This document shows positions 63,760-64,000 of a stretch of 64,000 nt of DNA, in pieces. Every line of letters starts with the position of its first letter. The first letter of the stretch is position 1. The position numbers were made by a program, and so were the translations under genes. The notes beneath the pieces were generated by a model that worked only from the letters and a program-made list of their open reading frames with translations, did not search any database and was not told the DNA's origin. The DNA is from a bacterium (lineage in GTDB: Bacteria > Babelota > Babeliae > Babelales > UBA12409), in contig JABJKG010000013.1 in assembly GCA_018660415.1 (NCBI GenBank), forward strand, positions 1,874-65,873, written 5' to 3'.

Positions 63760-64000
63760 ATGATAGAGTCTTTGAAGAGAAGTTTTGGATGTGGAGAAGT
63801 TAATAAAGATTCCCTTGGGAAAGTTATTACTTTAGTTGGTTGGCTTGCAACACGGCGAGATCATGGTGGTCTTATTTTTGTTGATTTGCGTGATCGCAGT
63901 GGGCTTATGCAGGTTGTTTTTAATCCTGAAAAAGCAGCAGAAGCACACAAGCTTGCACATTCTTTGCGTTCAGAGTTTGTTATTGGTGTAACAGGTACCG
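63760..64000 (+). CDS. aspS: Aspartyl-tRNA synthetase, N-terminal fragment (runs off the right edge)
   Basis: Manual translation from the ATG at 63760, after AGGAG, gives [56 protein letters not shown]. This is the canonical anticodon-binding OB-fold start. Confidence 0.9.
   Translation, partial: MIESLKRSFGCGEVNKDSLGKVITLVGWLATRRDHGGLIFVDLRDRSGLMQVVFNPEKAAEAHKLAHSLRSEFVIGVTGT

Noticed and set aside
1-64000. Search for prophage, IS elements, integrases, toxin-antitoxin pairs, restriction-modification systems or known defence systems
   Set aside because: No translation in the track or in my manual reads shows recombinase, transposase, nuclease-methylase or Cas-like motifs. The accessory content here is secreted or effector-like proteins rather than mobile or defence modules.

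Overview
This is a 64-kb chromosomal window from a low-GC (about 40% by eye) diderm bacterium. It is densely packed with about 55 protein genes and one tmRNA. I recognised no rRNA, tRNA, CRISPR array, integrase, transposase or prophage. Housekeeping genes are smpB, tsaD, rho, secF, rpmA, thyX, dcd, polA, priA, uvrC, clpB, nusA, infB, nfo and the 5' end of aspS. Between them sit many signal-peptide proteins of unknown function, secreted ankyrin-repeat proteins, tandem paralog pairs, amino-acid importers and a PilQ-type secretin module. This mix suggests a host-associated or intracellular lineage (Dependentiae/TM6-like); that is inference only and is not verifiable here. The most striking non-coding structure is at 55876-56200. 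It holds eleven perfect DnaA boxes (TTATCCACA) in two opposed, strictly 11-bp-phased tandem arrays, followed by an AT-rich stretch with a (TA)n run. It lies between a uracil-DNA glycosylase gene and nusA, and I read it as a candidate oriC of unusual architecture. Other items worth follow-up: (1) a lipoprotein with FN3-like, discoidin and class-I amidotransferase domains wedged between thyX and dcd; (2) a secretin operon led by an M23 peptidase; (3) an orphan promoter-plus-terminator unit that may be an sRNA; (4) a SemiSWEET gene broken at an A9 run; (5) two DNA glycosylases that both lack the canonical Fe-S cysteines; (6) several fast-diverging secreted paralog pairs. All calls rest on reading the sequence and the ORF translations. 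No database search, folding or skew computation was run.
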